Part shown: positions 10,024 through 19,058 of the stretch, in pieces
How positions within the stretch are numbered: position 1 is the first letter of the stretch
Layout: each line of letters opens with the position of its first letter
DNA from: a virus
Lineage: Duplodnaviria; Caudoviricetes
Length of the DNA stretch: 53,014 nt
Strand: one strand, 5' to 3'
IMG/VR virus record: IMGVR_UViG_3300042914_003037
Location: 1-53,014 of that record
Made by a program: the position numbers and the translations under genes
Notes under the pieces: model-generated
The model's database searches: none
What the model was told of the DNA's origin: nothing
What the model saw: the letters and a program-made list of their open reading frames with translations, nothing else

Positions 10024-10629
10024 TTAACGAACGTTGTTTGATGTTGAAGATTGTCCAACACCAGCCATTGTGCCAAAGTTTACCATTCCTTGACGAGTCT
10101 CTTGTAGTTGACTCTGGAATGCCTGTAGCTGACTGTTTAGAGACTGCCACTGACCTTGGTCATAACGACCGCGCCAAAAACGACCATCATCAAGTGCAGC
10201 AACCAATTCAGTGTTGCGCTCGATCAGGTTACGATTCAATACATCATCGTTGACACTGTTGATCAACTCACGAGTTCTTTCTGCTTGACCGTCAATCTTA
10301 TCACTTAGATAAGTTGACTGTTTAGCCATTTCAACTTGTGTCTTTAGTGCGTTGATTTCAGCATCTTTTGCTGCTCCCAGGAAGCCAGCAACCGTTGCTT
10401 GTTGCTGAGAGACAATCTGAGCACGAATATCTGCTAGATCGCGTCCAGTGTCAAAGAAACGATTATCAACTTCTTTGCCAACGTCAGCTACACGAGTGTT
10501 GATATCAAAACGTGCGTCTTTGATAGCGCCCTGAGTTGCATAGTCACCCTTTAGAGCTTCTTTGACGATTTCATTTGTATGCTCTGCTGCTTCGCGACGA
10601 ATATCGCTGAACATGTCTTCTACTGCCAT
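10024..10629 (-). CDS. coiled-coil hypothetical protein
   Basis: 201 aa helical ORF, AGGAG SD, own terminator. Confidence 0.8.
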   Translation of the reverse strand: MAVEDMFSDIRREAAEHTNEIVKEALKGDYATQGAIKDARFDINTRVADVGKEVDNRFFDTGRDLADIRAQIVSQQQATVAGFLGAAKDAEINALKTQVEMAKQSTYLSDKIDGQAERTRELINSVNDDVLNRNLIERNTELVAALDDGRFWRGRYDQGQWQSLNSQLQAFQSQLQETRQGMVNFGTMAGVGQSSTSNNVR

Positions 10630-10740
10630 AATTTTTCTCCTAATAAAAAAATAGATATGAGAGATTTTTGTCTCTCATATCTACTTACTGGAGAAAAAGC
10701 AGTAAATATTACTACTTAAGTGCAGCGTATACCAAATAAA

Positions 10741-11505
10741 TTATTTGTTAATTGCAACTTCATTATTGTCTTTCGCAAACACTGCCAACTGTGTGCGATT
10801 TCGAACCTTGTATTTTTTCAATAAAGCACCCATGTGTAGTTTCACTGTGCTCTCGCTGATGTTCAGCATTTTGGCAATTACTTTGTTACTGGCACCTCGA
10901 TTTGCAACCAAGTTAAAAATCTGTCTCTGTCTTGGAGTAAGATTTATAGAATTTTTTGTCTTTGATGTTTTGCGCTTACTTGACAACATTGCATTCACTT
11001 GATGTGGTAAAGTGGAGTCGTTATTTAGAATATTTTGAACAGATTCAATAATCTCTTCCACGGTAAATCCATCCCCATATCTAAGACCGATATAAGATAT
11101 CATTGGCAAATTAAGTATTTCTTTGATCAATTCCGTAGGAGTTTTAGTTCCAACTAACACAATTATTTTTGTATTTCTACTAACAAGTATATCATTCTCG
11201 TTTTTTACGAGAGTGCAGTTGAGTAGTGTAGAAATGGTATTGAGTGCAGCAAAAACATCTACATTAATGATGCTATATAGTTGCTGTAGGTCTATTGCTA
11301 TGTAGTCACAAATAAAACTACTGTCACTCAACAAACAAAAAAATTCTTTTAGATCACTTATAGTCTGAAAGGATAAATCAAATCTATTCTTTAATTGTTC
11401 TGTAAGTGTTATTGTGTCCGCACATTCTTCGATTGGATTGACGATGGCCATAATCATGGGCTTCTGGTTCATTTTTAGATTCTCCGATATAATTTTAATC
11501 ATCAT
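10741..11505 (-). CDS. LuxR/NarL-type HTH transcriptional regulator with degenerate receiver-like N-terminus
   Basis: LTPRQRQIFNLV..GASNKVIAKMLNISESTVKLHM..LLKKYKVRNRTQLA. Confidence 0.88.
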   Translation of the reverse strand: MMIKIISENLKMNQKPMIMAIVNPIEECADTITLTEQLKNRFDLSFQTISDLKEFFCLLSDSSFICDYIAIDLQQLYSIINVDVFAALNTISTLLNCTLVKNENDILVSRNTKIIVLVGTKTPTELIKEILNLPMISYIGLRYGDGFTVEEIIESVQNILNNDSTLPHQVNAMLSSKRKTSKTKNSINLTPRQRQIFNLVANRGASNKVIAKMLNISESTVKLHMGALLKKYKVRNRTQLAVFAKDNNEVAINK

Positions 11506-11632
11506 ACAGTATATATTTGTCTATAACAGATGTATAGATGTGCAGAGGGCTATATACTACTCAAGTAGTAGAACAATTCTGCACAAAATTATGCCGTGAG
11601 GTTTGAATAACAACGATGTAACATCGTTGAAC

Positions 11633-12481
11633 TTAAATGTTGAGAATACTCTTTATTTCAGGAATAGCATCCTCTACATCAGGTGAATAGGTGGCTATTA
11701 CTTGAAGTAGTTGGTTTCTAATCTCGTTTTGATTTGCAGTAGAAACTCGTCTGAATGCTTGAGATAGTTCTGGATTTGTTCTAAACAATCGAACCAAATC
11801 AGCATCAAACTTTTTGACATACTCAGCCGAAAACTTTTGCTGCGTTCGACTTGTTGGATTATATGTTGTTCCATAATTTTCTGATCTTGGTTTGGTATCT
11901 ACCTCGACACCAACATTACCAGTGTCTTCTGGGTATTTTTGCTTTAAATACTCTGCCAGATTTTTAAATTCGTATGGCATTAGTTTCATCATGTTGTAAT
12001 TAATATATACATGAACGTATCCGTATATTCCTATTAGTTCTCTTATCTTAGAGAACAATTGATTTGTTAGTGGACTTTTTCCAAGACGCAGTATTTGATT
12101 GTAGGGTTCTACGGTTTCTATATTTTCTACGCCAGTTTTATTCCAATACGCCCACAACACATTTTCTTTACTTGCAGCGTCTTTTCTGACGGTGAACATT
12201 AGATAAACGCCAGATTCATCTTCATCATCCGCATATTTTGCCAACTCTGGGTTAGCAAGAAAACCAGTTGGTTCCTCTTTTTTAGGAACTTCAATTGGTT
12301 TTAGTTGTTGAGATATTTTTTGTTGTCTTAGTTTTGCCTTTAATTCAGCCGCCATTTTTTTGGCTTTGTCGGACTCACTTTGTTCTGCTGCGCTTGCCGC
12401 TCTACGCGCAGCAAGTTCTTCTCTTCGTTTCTTTGCTCTTTCGCCTTTGCTGACTTCTAGTATAATTTGACTGATCTTCAT
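11633..12481 (-). CDS. hypothetical protein, possible internal head protein
   Basis: MKISQIILE N-terminus; ATAAATA late-type motif upstream. Confidence 0.7.
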   Translation of the reverse strand: MKISQIILEVSKGERAKKRREELAARRAASAAEQSESDKAKKMAAELKAKLRQQKISQQLKPIEVPKKEEPTGFLANPELAKYADDEDESGVYLMFTVRKDAASKENVLWAYWNKTGVENIETVEPYNQILRLGKSPLTNQLFSKIRELIGIYGYVHVYINYNMMKLMPYEFKNLAEYLKQKYPEDTGNVGVEVDTKPRSENYGTTYNPTSRTQQKFSAEYVKKFDADLVRLFRTNPELSQAFRRVSTANQNEIRNQLLQVIATYSPDVEDAIPEIKSILNI

Positions 12482-12505
12482 AATAAATGTCCTATAAACT
12501 ATTTA

Positions 12506-12727
12506 TTATTTTAGATTATTTAACACTTGTCGCGCTTCTTCAAGATTGTCATCAGTGACAATCTCGTCTATGTAAGTTACTATCAATAACTCTTCCAGAA
12601 CTATTGTCTGTTCGTAGTCTGAACTATTCAACGATTCTTTCCACAAACTAAACTCACATGCATCTTGGAAATTCCACATGATATTAAGCATGTCAATTTG
12701 CTTTGTTGTTAGTCCGTTTATTTTCAT
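12506..12727 (-). CDS. hypothetical protein
   Basis: ORF in run. Confidence 0.65.
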   Translation of the reverse strand: MKINGLTTKQIDMLNIMWNFQDACEFSLWKESLNSSDYEQTIVLEELLIVTYIDEIVTDDNLEEARQVLNNLK

Positions 12728-12732
12728 AACGT

Positions 12733-13026
12733 TCAGTGAACTGTTCCAATAGCAAAGTCTCCAAAATCATCTATTGCTTTCTTTAGATCGTCTTTGGTCC
12801 AACCTGACTCAATCAATATTTCTATTAGTCTTGTGTAGAGTGTAAAACACGCCATACCTTGAACATAGTTTTCATCGTTATTTTCAAAGTCGAATGCTTC
12901 TAATTTTGGAAGAACGTCATCTTCCAAAAATGCTTCAACAATGTTGCTTGTATAGTCGAATTCCCACTCTTCATAGTTGTGCTCGTCTACGTCGATATCA
13001 GTAAATTGATTAGTTTCGTTTTTCAT
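12733..13026 (-). CDS. acidic hypothetical protein
   Basis: ORF with AGGAG SD. Confidence 0.7.
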   Translation of the reverse strand: MKNETNQFTDIDVDEHNYEEWEFDYTSNIVEAFLEDDVLPKLEAFDFENNDENYVQGMACFTLYTRLIEILIESGWTKDDLKKAIDDFGDFAIGTVH

Positions 13027-13102
13027 ATTTGCTCCTATAGTAGACTTAAGTATTTATCTACTATAGCACAACTAGCAAGCTAAGTCACTACATTTAGTAG
13101 TG

Positions 13103-13534
13103 CTATTTGTACCGATAATTTACAGAGTCTAGATTTTCTCTGAAAATCACCGCGCCGTTTTTTAGATGAAACTTACGAGCCATTTCAGTTTTTGGACTCA
13201 GGGTCACAAATGTATTGATCAAATTATATCTGTTTGTAATATCTTCCAAACACGCTCTGAGCAAACAAGCGGCAGAACCAGGTGCATAACTCCATATAGT
13301 ATAAAACACGGCAGTAGTCGGTTCAGATGAAGTTCTGAACAAGTCTTCAACCGATTCGGGAATAAAATCATGCAAACTAATACAAACCATACTTGATGGC
13401 TTGTTGTTTTCTATTAGTGCGGCAATGTATCTGTTTTGAGACACGCGAAACTCAGAGGGAATTTCTGGTCGCACTGGATCATCTTTTATGAATTCTATAA
13501 AACTATCGGTTATTGAATTTATTATGTGTAGCAT
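13103..13534 (-). CDS. conserved phage hypothetical protein, possible GNAT-like fold
   Basis: DDPVRPEI...FYTIWSY..G...VTLSPKTEMARKFHLKNGA. Confidence 0.7.
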   Translation of the reverse strand: MLHIINSITDSFIEFIKDDPVRPEIPSEFRVSQNRYIAALIENNKPSSMVCISLHDFIPESVEDLFRTSSEPTTAVFYTIWSYAPGSAACLLRACLEDITNRYNLINTFVTLSPKTEMARKFHLKNGAVIFRENLDSVNYRYK

Positions 13535-13635
13535 GATAATCGTATTTATTACAACTTACAAAAATATTCATTTAGACAAAAAAATAGGACTAAACCAGTT
13601 TTCTGATTTAGTCCCGCACTCCGATCAGAGTTTAG

Positions 13636-15021
13636 TTATACAACGCAGTAGCGTGGATTGTTGATTGTTTCCAACATCACTGCTTCTGGAGTAAAGTCCT
13701 TAGCAGCAAGAATTGCCTTCATGATGCTTGGGCTGAACCCACTTACCATTGCAACACCACTCTTGTTGAACTCAACTGGGATATTCCCATGTGAATTCAA
13801 ATTCCAGAAAACAATCTTAGGTGTTGCATATCCAGTCGATTCATACTTTCTTTCGATCATCTGCATTGCAGAATCATCGAATTTAGTGCAATAATCGAAC
13901 TGCATATCGCTAAGAATTAGCAAATACGCTGGCATGTCAGCAGCAGGCACCGAGTTATCTACTGCTACCTTTAGGATAGCATCAAATGCACGATGCAAGT
14001 TTGTATTCATGCCCCATTCTGCCTGACACAATTGAGTATACTTGCTAAGAATGTTTCCATTCAACTTCTCCAACTTTGTGTTTTGACTGAAAGTCAAGAA
14101 CAAGTCCTTGAACGCTCCGCGATTCTTGTCTGCACAATACAAGCCAAGAGCCACGGCAACATCAATGCATTGCAGATGTGGATTATCTCCAACTCGGCAA
14201 CTCATGCTTCCGCTAACGTCTACCATAGGTAGAACATTTGCATCAGACATATAGTTAGGCAAAGCCTCCCACTGCGCCGCTGCCACGGTCTTATCTCCAG
14301 TCTTGATGCTACGAATAACATCATGTGGGTAAACCGCACCAGCATTCACCTTGGCATCGCCAGAAGCCAACTCAGCCTTGTACTCGCGGTAAGCATCAGC
14401 AGCATTTCGATTGAATGCCTTTTGATAGCGCGCAGCAGCCAAACTTGGCACATGGCTAAAGTTGATGTTGTCCCAATCCTTAGCGCACATTTGAGTTTCG
14501 ACTACCTTAGTGGCGTTGACCAGCATCTTACGATACTGTTTGGGAGTCAACTCCATAAACTTACGCAACTCAATGCTTACATCGCCCTTTCGGGGCATCC
14601 ACTTGGCACATAGTCCGTCGCCAGACTTTAGCGCAGCACTGATTAGTGCATATGCCTTGTTCTTTACATCTGAAGTCTTAAAGATCAACAGATCGTCCCA
14701 GCGACCGAAAGTAGATACATGAGGCAACATGCGATCCAACAGTGTTGGATGCAAATTTTCCAGATGCATCAAGATGTCGCGAAATATCTGGCGTTCGCCA
14801 GCGCCACCACGAACATCACGAGTCCACAAAGCAAGTCGTAGTGCCAGAGTAGAGTCGCACTGAATGGCGCGCTCAAAATCTGGAACAATTTGCTTGCCAC
14901 GGCTTGCGCCTGCCTTGTAGAAAAAATCTACAAGGGGACTTAGAGAACTTTGAAGTGCTCGCATTCCATTGGTGGTGCGAGTTTCGAACTTAGTATTTTG
15001 AACTGCTTGCGCGAATGTCAT
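13636..15021 (-). CDS. DUF2828 + vWA protein (TROVE/Ro60-like architecture)
   Basis: RDVRGGAGER, GRWDDL, AKWMPR; MIDAS DVSGSM; ILSDMQFD; FWNL; VSGFS. Confidence 0.85.
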   Translation of the reverse strand: MTFAQAVQNTKFETRTTNGMRALQSSLSPLVDFFYKAGASRGKQIVPDFERAIQCDSTLALRLALWTRDVRGGAGERQIFRDILMHLENLHPTLLDRMLPHVSTFGRWDDLLIFKTSDVKNKAYALISAALKSGDGLCAKWMPRKGDVSIELRKFMELTPKQYRKMLVNATKVVETQMCAKDWDNINFSHVPSLAAARYQKAFNRNAADAYREYKAELASGDAKVNAGAVYPHDVIRSIKTGDKTVAAAQWEALPNYMSDANVLPMVDVSGSMSCRVGDNPHLQCIDVAVALGLYCADKNRGAFKDLFLTFSQNTKLEKLNGNILSKYTQLCQAEWGMNTNLHRAFDAILKVAVDNSVPAADMPAYLLILSDMQFDYCTKFDDSAMQMIERKYESTGYATPKIVFWNLNSHGNIPVEFNKSGVAMVSGFSPSIMKAILAAKDFTPEAVMLETINNPRYCVV

Positions 15022-15035
15022 TTTATTTTTCCTTT

Positions 15036-15130
15036 CAACAGATTAGTTATCATTGGTCCTATCACGGTATCCAGCCAGATTCGGGCGTTTTTATGGTGAT
15101 TGATTAAATTTGTTTGCTGTATCTAATCTA
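15036..15130 (-). ncRNA. stem/WCAGCAA motif RNA copy 1
   Basis: TAGATTAG-ATACAGCAA...CTAATCTG-TT, directly upstream of the DUF2828 SD. Confidence 0.65.
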
Positions 15131-15177
15131 GAAACTTATTATATGTTACTTACTATTTTTAGTCTACAAATTCGGAT

Positions 15178-15297
15178 AAACTGTATACGTTTCTTGCCTG
15201 CTGCTCTACCATCTGAGCTATATTACTCACTAGGAATAACAGTTGGATTTGAACCAACGACACACTGGGTGATTTAATAGTTGCTGTATGTATACAA
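15178..15297 (-). ncRNA. Y-RNA-like RNA with permuted tRNA domain (motif copy 2)
   Basis: TGTATAC-ATACAGCAA, T-arm GTTGG-TTCAAAT-CCAAC, loop-closed acceptor helix, D-arm GCTCAGATGGTAGAGC, then GTATACA. Confidence 0.75.
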
Positions 15298-15302
15298 AAA
15301 TA

Positions 15303-15546
15303 TAACAGAGTGAACGATACGGGTATTTTATTTCTCTGCTTGCCCCCTACCACTGTGGGATTCTGTATCACAAGCACAGTCTAAATCGTTTAGACCCGAT
15401 CTTGTTTTATTCTGCACAAGCATCATATCTAGTTCTCTAGAATATTAGTTATATCGTTGTCTAGTTTCCTAGAAATATTTCTACTGTCCTGCGACCAACT
15501 TCTACTACAGTGAGTCAGTAGTGTTTAAATTGCTGTAGTCACTCTA
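15303..15546 (-). ncRNA. stem/WCAGCAA motif RNA copy 3
   Basis: TAGAGTGA-CTACAGCAA...TCACTCTG-TTA. Confidence 0.6.
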
Positions 15547-15551
15547 AATTT

Positions 15552-15658
15552 TAACGGGATAGTTGCCTACTTTTTGTTTCAAGTGAGAAATCGAAACTCA
15601 CCTCGTCCGGCGAACCAGACCATCCATAGTTTTATTAAGTTTGCTGAACCTATCCCTA
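15552..15658 (-). ncRNA. stem/WCAGCAA motif RNA copy 4
   Basis: GGGATAG-GTTCAGCAA...CTATCCC-GTTA. Confidence 0.6.
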
Positions 15659-15692
15659 AAATCTCTTTCGTTGTTGCTATCTATGTATTATG

Positions 15693-15896
15693 CTACGATT
15701 TCGCATTTGTAGCAAGCGTTTTGGATGACTTGATCTTGACCAAATTAGCCAAGTTCATCCAAACCAAACGCTGATTGTCTGGACGATGAACCTCAACAAA
15801 GTCCACGCCGTCAACGCGTCTACGATTATCAAAATTCTCGCATACCCAGACTTCTCCTGTTCGTGGATTAGTTAGAGTCACTGACTTTGCTTTCAT
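15693..15896 (-). CDS. hypothetical protein
   Basis: Start MKAKSV after GGGGA SD. Confidence 0.6.
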   Translation of the reverse strand: MKAKSVTLTNPRTGEVWVCENFDNRRRVDGVDFVEVHRPDNQRLVWMNLANLVKIKSSKTLATNAKS

Positions 15897-15906
15897 AGTT
15901 TTCCCC

Positions 15907-16392
15907 TTAGGCCGCCTTACGACGAGTATCCAAACTCTTGAATTGGTCCGCTGCATATGATGCGGCGAAAGCACGAGGCTTCACCAATGGCACCACATTA
16001 CACATACCCTTGACATAACCAATCGCTTCGTTGATGACAAGATTACTGTTGTGCATTTCGCTTGGGTTGATATCCAAGTGAACTTCCACTTCGAATGGAA
16101 CTTCTTTTGCCAATTCCAAGTATAGATTTGCAACACGATAAACTTCGTTCATTAAACGCATTCTTGGCTTGTCTGCTCGTTGATCATAGTCACGCTCACG
16201 ATCAACCGCACCAAAAATCTTACAGCCATTGTTGCCATTCACGTGAACAACAACCGCAGTAATATAATCGGCACACCATACTCCATTGTGCTGCAAACGC
16301 TCGGAGTCGCAGCCGATGTAAATTTTTGTATTGTCAGATAGAGTGTCGCAAAAACGAGCAACTTCTTCAACATTGATTTGCCGATTATACAT
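15907..16392 (-). CDS. RNase H-like YkuK (DUF458) family protein
   Basis: IYIGCDS, RLMNEV, EVHLDIN, KPRAFAASYAAD. Confidence 0.85.
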   Translation of the reverse strand: MYNRQINVEEVARFCDTLSDNTKIYIGCDSERLQHNGVWCADYITAVVVHVNGNNGCKIFGAVDRERDYDQRADKPRMRLMNEVYRVANLYLELAKEVPFEVEVHLDINPSEMHNSNLVINEAIGYVKGMCNVVPLVKPRAFAASYAADQFKSLDTRRKAA

Positions 16393-16403
16393 GATTTTTC
16401 TCC

Positions 16404-16691
16404 TTAAATGTAATCGTATTTCTTTACCTTGGTCTTTTTATCACGGTCTTTAATTTTGTTCAAATATTCTCGCCCAATTCGTTGGGACTCAATATCATCA
16501 AATGCAACTGATGTTGGAATTGGTTTTCGTTTCCTTAGTTCCAGATATTCAGCGGCACTCATAGTGCTATACTTCATGCTCTCGTCTTCTTGCTTTCGCT
16601 CAGCATGCAGTTCTCGCAATCGTTCACTGGCAACAAGTATCAAATCGAACCTGTTGCCTATATTCTTATTCATTTTGTCAAAGTCGTTCAT
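16404..16691 (-). CDS. rpoZ: RNA polymerase omega subunit-like protein
   Basis: IGNRFDLILVASERLREL...KP..VAFDDIE matches the omega motif. Confidence 0.7.
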   Translation of the reverse strand: MNDFDKMNKNIGNRFDLILVASERLRELHAERKQEDESMKYSTMSAAEYLELRKRKPIPTSVAFDDIESQRIGREYLNKIKDRDKKTKVKKYDYI

Positions 16692-16797
16692 TCATTTCTC
16701 CATGTTTTTATTTTATGTCTTATTTGATATCTTGTCAAGTCGATTGTCAAATAATAGTCCAATACTTACACGCATACAGTATTTACTAAATACCATT

Positions 16798-16965
16798 ATG
16801 ATATCCAAAACTATTAAAACAGATAATGGTTACACCTTTCACGTGTCGCTCAGTGATTACGGCACATACTACATTTTGGTTTGTGATCCATACACTGGCG
16901 GAATAAATCTCAAGTATTTTTCAGATTGGGTATCTGCACTGATGTTTATCAAGTCATTGAACTGA
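16798..16965 (+). CDS. small hypothetical protein (55 aa)
   Basis: Fills an intergenic gap; CTAAATA late-type motif just upstream. Confidence 0.55.
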   Translation: MISKTIKTDNGYTFHVSLSDYGTYYILVCDPYTGGINLKYFSDWVSALMFIKSLN

Positions 16966-17148
16966 CAACATTTCTTTCAATTTCTGAATTTGAGCCGGCG
17001 TTAGAACCATTTCAAAACGCATTTCAGTGTTATCGTGCCATTGAGCGTAAAAACGCAAATGCTTGAATTCTGGGCCAACTGAGATAGGCTGTGTTAGTTC
17101 AGCATATACACTATAATTTCCGTTTTCACTTATTAGAATTTTACTCAT
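16954..17148 (-). CDS. hypothetical protein
   Basis: Start MSKILIS after AGGA SD, downstream of tRNA-Ser. Confidence 0.6.
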   Translation of the reverse strand: MSKILISENGNYSVYAELTQPISVGPEFKHLRFYAQWHDNTEMRFEMVLTPAQIQKLKEMLSVQ

Positions 17149-17164
17149 GATTGTCCTATAATTT

Positions 17165-17254
17165 TGGCGGGTAGTGAGGGATTCGAACCCCCGAGGGCAT
17201 TTCTGCCCTAACTGCTTAGTAGGCAGCCGCCATAGTCCGCTCGGCCAACTACCC
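17165..17254 (-). tRNA. tRNA-Ser(ACT), A34
   Basis: Cloverleaf, loop CT-ACT-AA, long variable arm, G73, encoded CCA. Confidence 0.85.
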
Positions 17255-17263
17255 AAATATTTT

Positions 17264-17893
17264 TCACTCAGTATTTAGTGATGAATTAGTCTGTTGAATT
17301 TTTTGTCTTTTCTCTAACTTCTTACGAAGTAGAGTATGGATTCCAGGATTAATTCTAAGTACATTAGGCATAAATTCGTGCCTAATATAATTGCGAGTAT
17401 AACGAGTATCGTTATTACTAAAATCTTCAATCCACCGAACATTTTTTCTACGCGCCCAATTTTCTAAATCATACTTTCTATTTAATAGAAATGGTCGAAT
17501 GACATTGTTGCGTCTGTATGGTAGCAATTTGCTTTGTCCGTGCAAACTACTCCACGCCCATGTTTCTACTACATCGTCAAGATGATGCCCGGTAACAACA
17601 CACTCAAATTGACTTAAAAATTCATATCTCTTGTCTCTCCAGTATTCTTCCGCACTTAGTTTGAGAGGAATTGACGAATCCTCAATTCGCTTAGTGATAA
17701 GATTCAAGTTTCTATCTGAGCATTCCCGTGTAATGAAGTCGAGAGCACGATCACTGGTTTCTGTTCCGTGATGAAAGAATGCAACATTTACTGCATGGTT
17801 GCGAGAGAGAAAGTCAAGCAACACCATACTATCGATTCCGCCGCTACACGCGACAGTCACGACACGAGGAATTGACCCAAGAATCTTGATCAC
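17264..17893 (-). CDS. tilS: tRNA(Ile)-lysidine synthetase-like PP-loop ATPase (catalytic domain only)
   Basis: ACSGGIDS, TGHHLDDVVET, IRPFL, EDFSN..YTRNYIRH. Confidence 0.88.
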   Translation of the reverse strand: MIKILGSIPRVVTVACSGGIDSMVLLDFLSRNHAVNVAFFHHGTETSDRALDFITRECSDRNLNLITKRIEDSSIPLKLSAEEYWRDKRYEFLSQFECVVTGHHLDDVVETWAWSSLHGQSKLLPYRRNNVIRPFLLNRKYDLENWARRKNVRWIEDFSNNDTRYTRNYIRHEFMPNVLRINPGIHTLLRKKLEKRQKIQQTNSSLNTE

Positions 17894-18009
17894 TTATTGA
17901 CCATCAAAGCGATAAACATGCCCGAGATAATCACTACAACAAAACAATGTCCAACGTTTTGCCAAAACGTAAAGTCCTTGCTATAAACCCAATTTACAAT
18001 TTTCTTCAT

Positions 18010-18423
18010 TTATGCCTCCAAAATATAGGGCTTGTCCCACTTGCCAATGTTGATATCAACATAGTAGGCAATATCAAAGTAATCAATCATTGTATCAGTG
18101 TTGTCATACCAGCCATTAGATTTCATGGCCTTGAGCACTTCTGCAAGAAACTCGCGCGCCGCGCCATCATAGTGCTCCTGATACCAGTAGGTATTGACTT
18201 GAATGTAGTCACGAGCCAGATTGATCCTGCGATTTCCGGTAGGATCACGATCATCGATCATTCGATTGAAACTGCCGATAAAATCGATCTTGCCAGACTT
18301 GACATTCAGAACCAGAGTAGAGTGGTTATTCACTGCAAGACGAGCCTTGACGCCATACTTGTTGCAAATTGCCTTGATAGCGGGTTCCAGAGCCTTCTTG
18401 CGTTCCTGCGAAATGTAAGCCAT
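18010..18423 (-). CDS. conserved phage hypothetical protein
   Basis: GGAG SD, promoter upstream; WYDNTDTMIDYFDIAYYVDINIGKWDKPY. Confidence 0.8.
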   Translation of the reverse strand: MAYISQERKKALEPAIKAICNKYGVKARLAVNNHSTLVLNVKSGKIDFIGSFNRMIDDRDPTGNRRINLARDYIQVNTYWYQEHYDGAAREFLAEVLKAMKSNGWYDNTDTMIDYFDIAYYVDINIGKWDKPYILEA

Positions 18424-18475
18424 TTGATTTCTCCGTTATCTAACTGTCTATGTATGTATTATACACCCAAAACGA

Positions 18476-18670
18476 TTATTTGTCAACTCGCTTGGTCTTG
18501 ACTTGGCACTCGTAGACCGTATCGCCTACATAGAAGGACCCAAGGCGTTCGCAGTCTTGAGACGCCGTGTTTTGAGCGAATCCCCAACCTATCAAAAAGA
18601 TGAGCCCTGCAATTAGCATGACGACGATGCCAAACAAAAATGAAATACCGTTATTATTTTCCGATGACAT
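18476..18670 (-). CDS. small membrane protein
   Basis: Single TM helix. Confidence 0.65.
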   Translation of the reverse strand: MSSENNNGISFLFGIVVMLIAGLIFLIGWGFAQNTASQDCERLGSFYVGDTVYECQVKTKRVDK

Positions 18671-18706
18671 AATTACTTTCCTTGTTGCGATGTTGTTCCT
18701 AATCTA

Positions 18707-19009
18707 TTATTGAATAGAATTGTTGTCAGTCTTGAGAATGCGCCACATCAACCACAGAACAGAAGTCAGTTGCCACATTGCGGGAACCATTGGTCCATCA
18801 AACAGTGCGATGCAACCAGCCAACAGAACAATCACTCCAATCAGCATTTGAAACATTACTGCTTTGAGACTGGGTTTTGCAGAAACCCGGCTTGTCGATA
18901 CACTAACAAGCGGGGTCAACTTTTGTCGCGAAGAATCAGCCGCAATTTGCGAGGACTCTTTGATGATCAACTCAGCGAACCGCTCAATCGACTCGTTATT
19001 CACGCTCAT
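18707..19009 (-). CDS. hypothetical membrane protein
   Basis: AGGAG SD after promoter cassette; hydrophobic C-terminus. Confidence 0.55.
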   Translation of the reverse strand: MSVNNESIERFAELIIKESSQIAADSSRQKLTPLVSVSTSRVSAKPSLKAVMFQMLIGVIVLLAGCIALFDGPMVPAMWQLTSVLWLMWRILKTDNNSIQ

Positions 19010-19058
19010 TCTCCTGTTTTCTAACTTGAATACAGTATATCACTGTTCCGAATTATTG

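Noticed and set aside
15036-15658. CRISPR array or mini-array
   Set aside because: The units are self-complementary stems with variable sequence and irregular spacing, not identical direct repeats with uniform spacers; no cas genes in the window.
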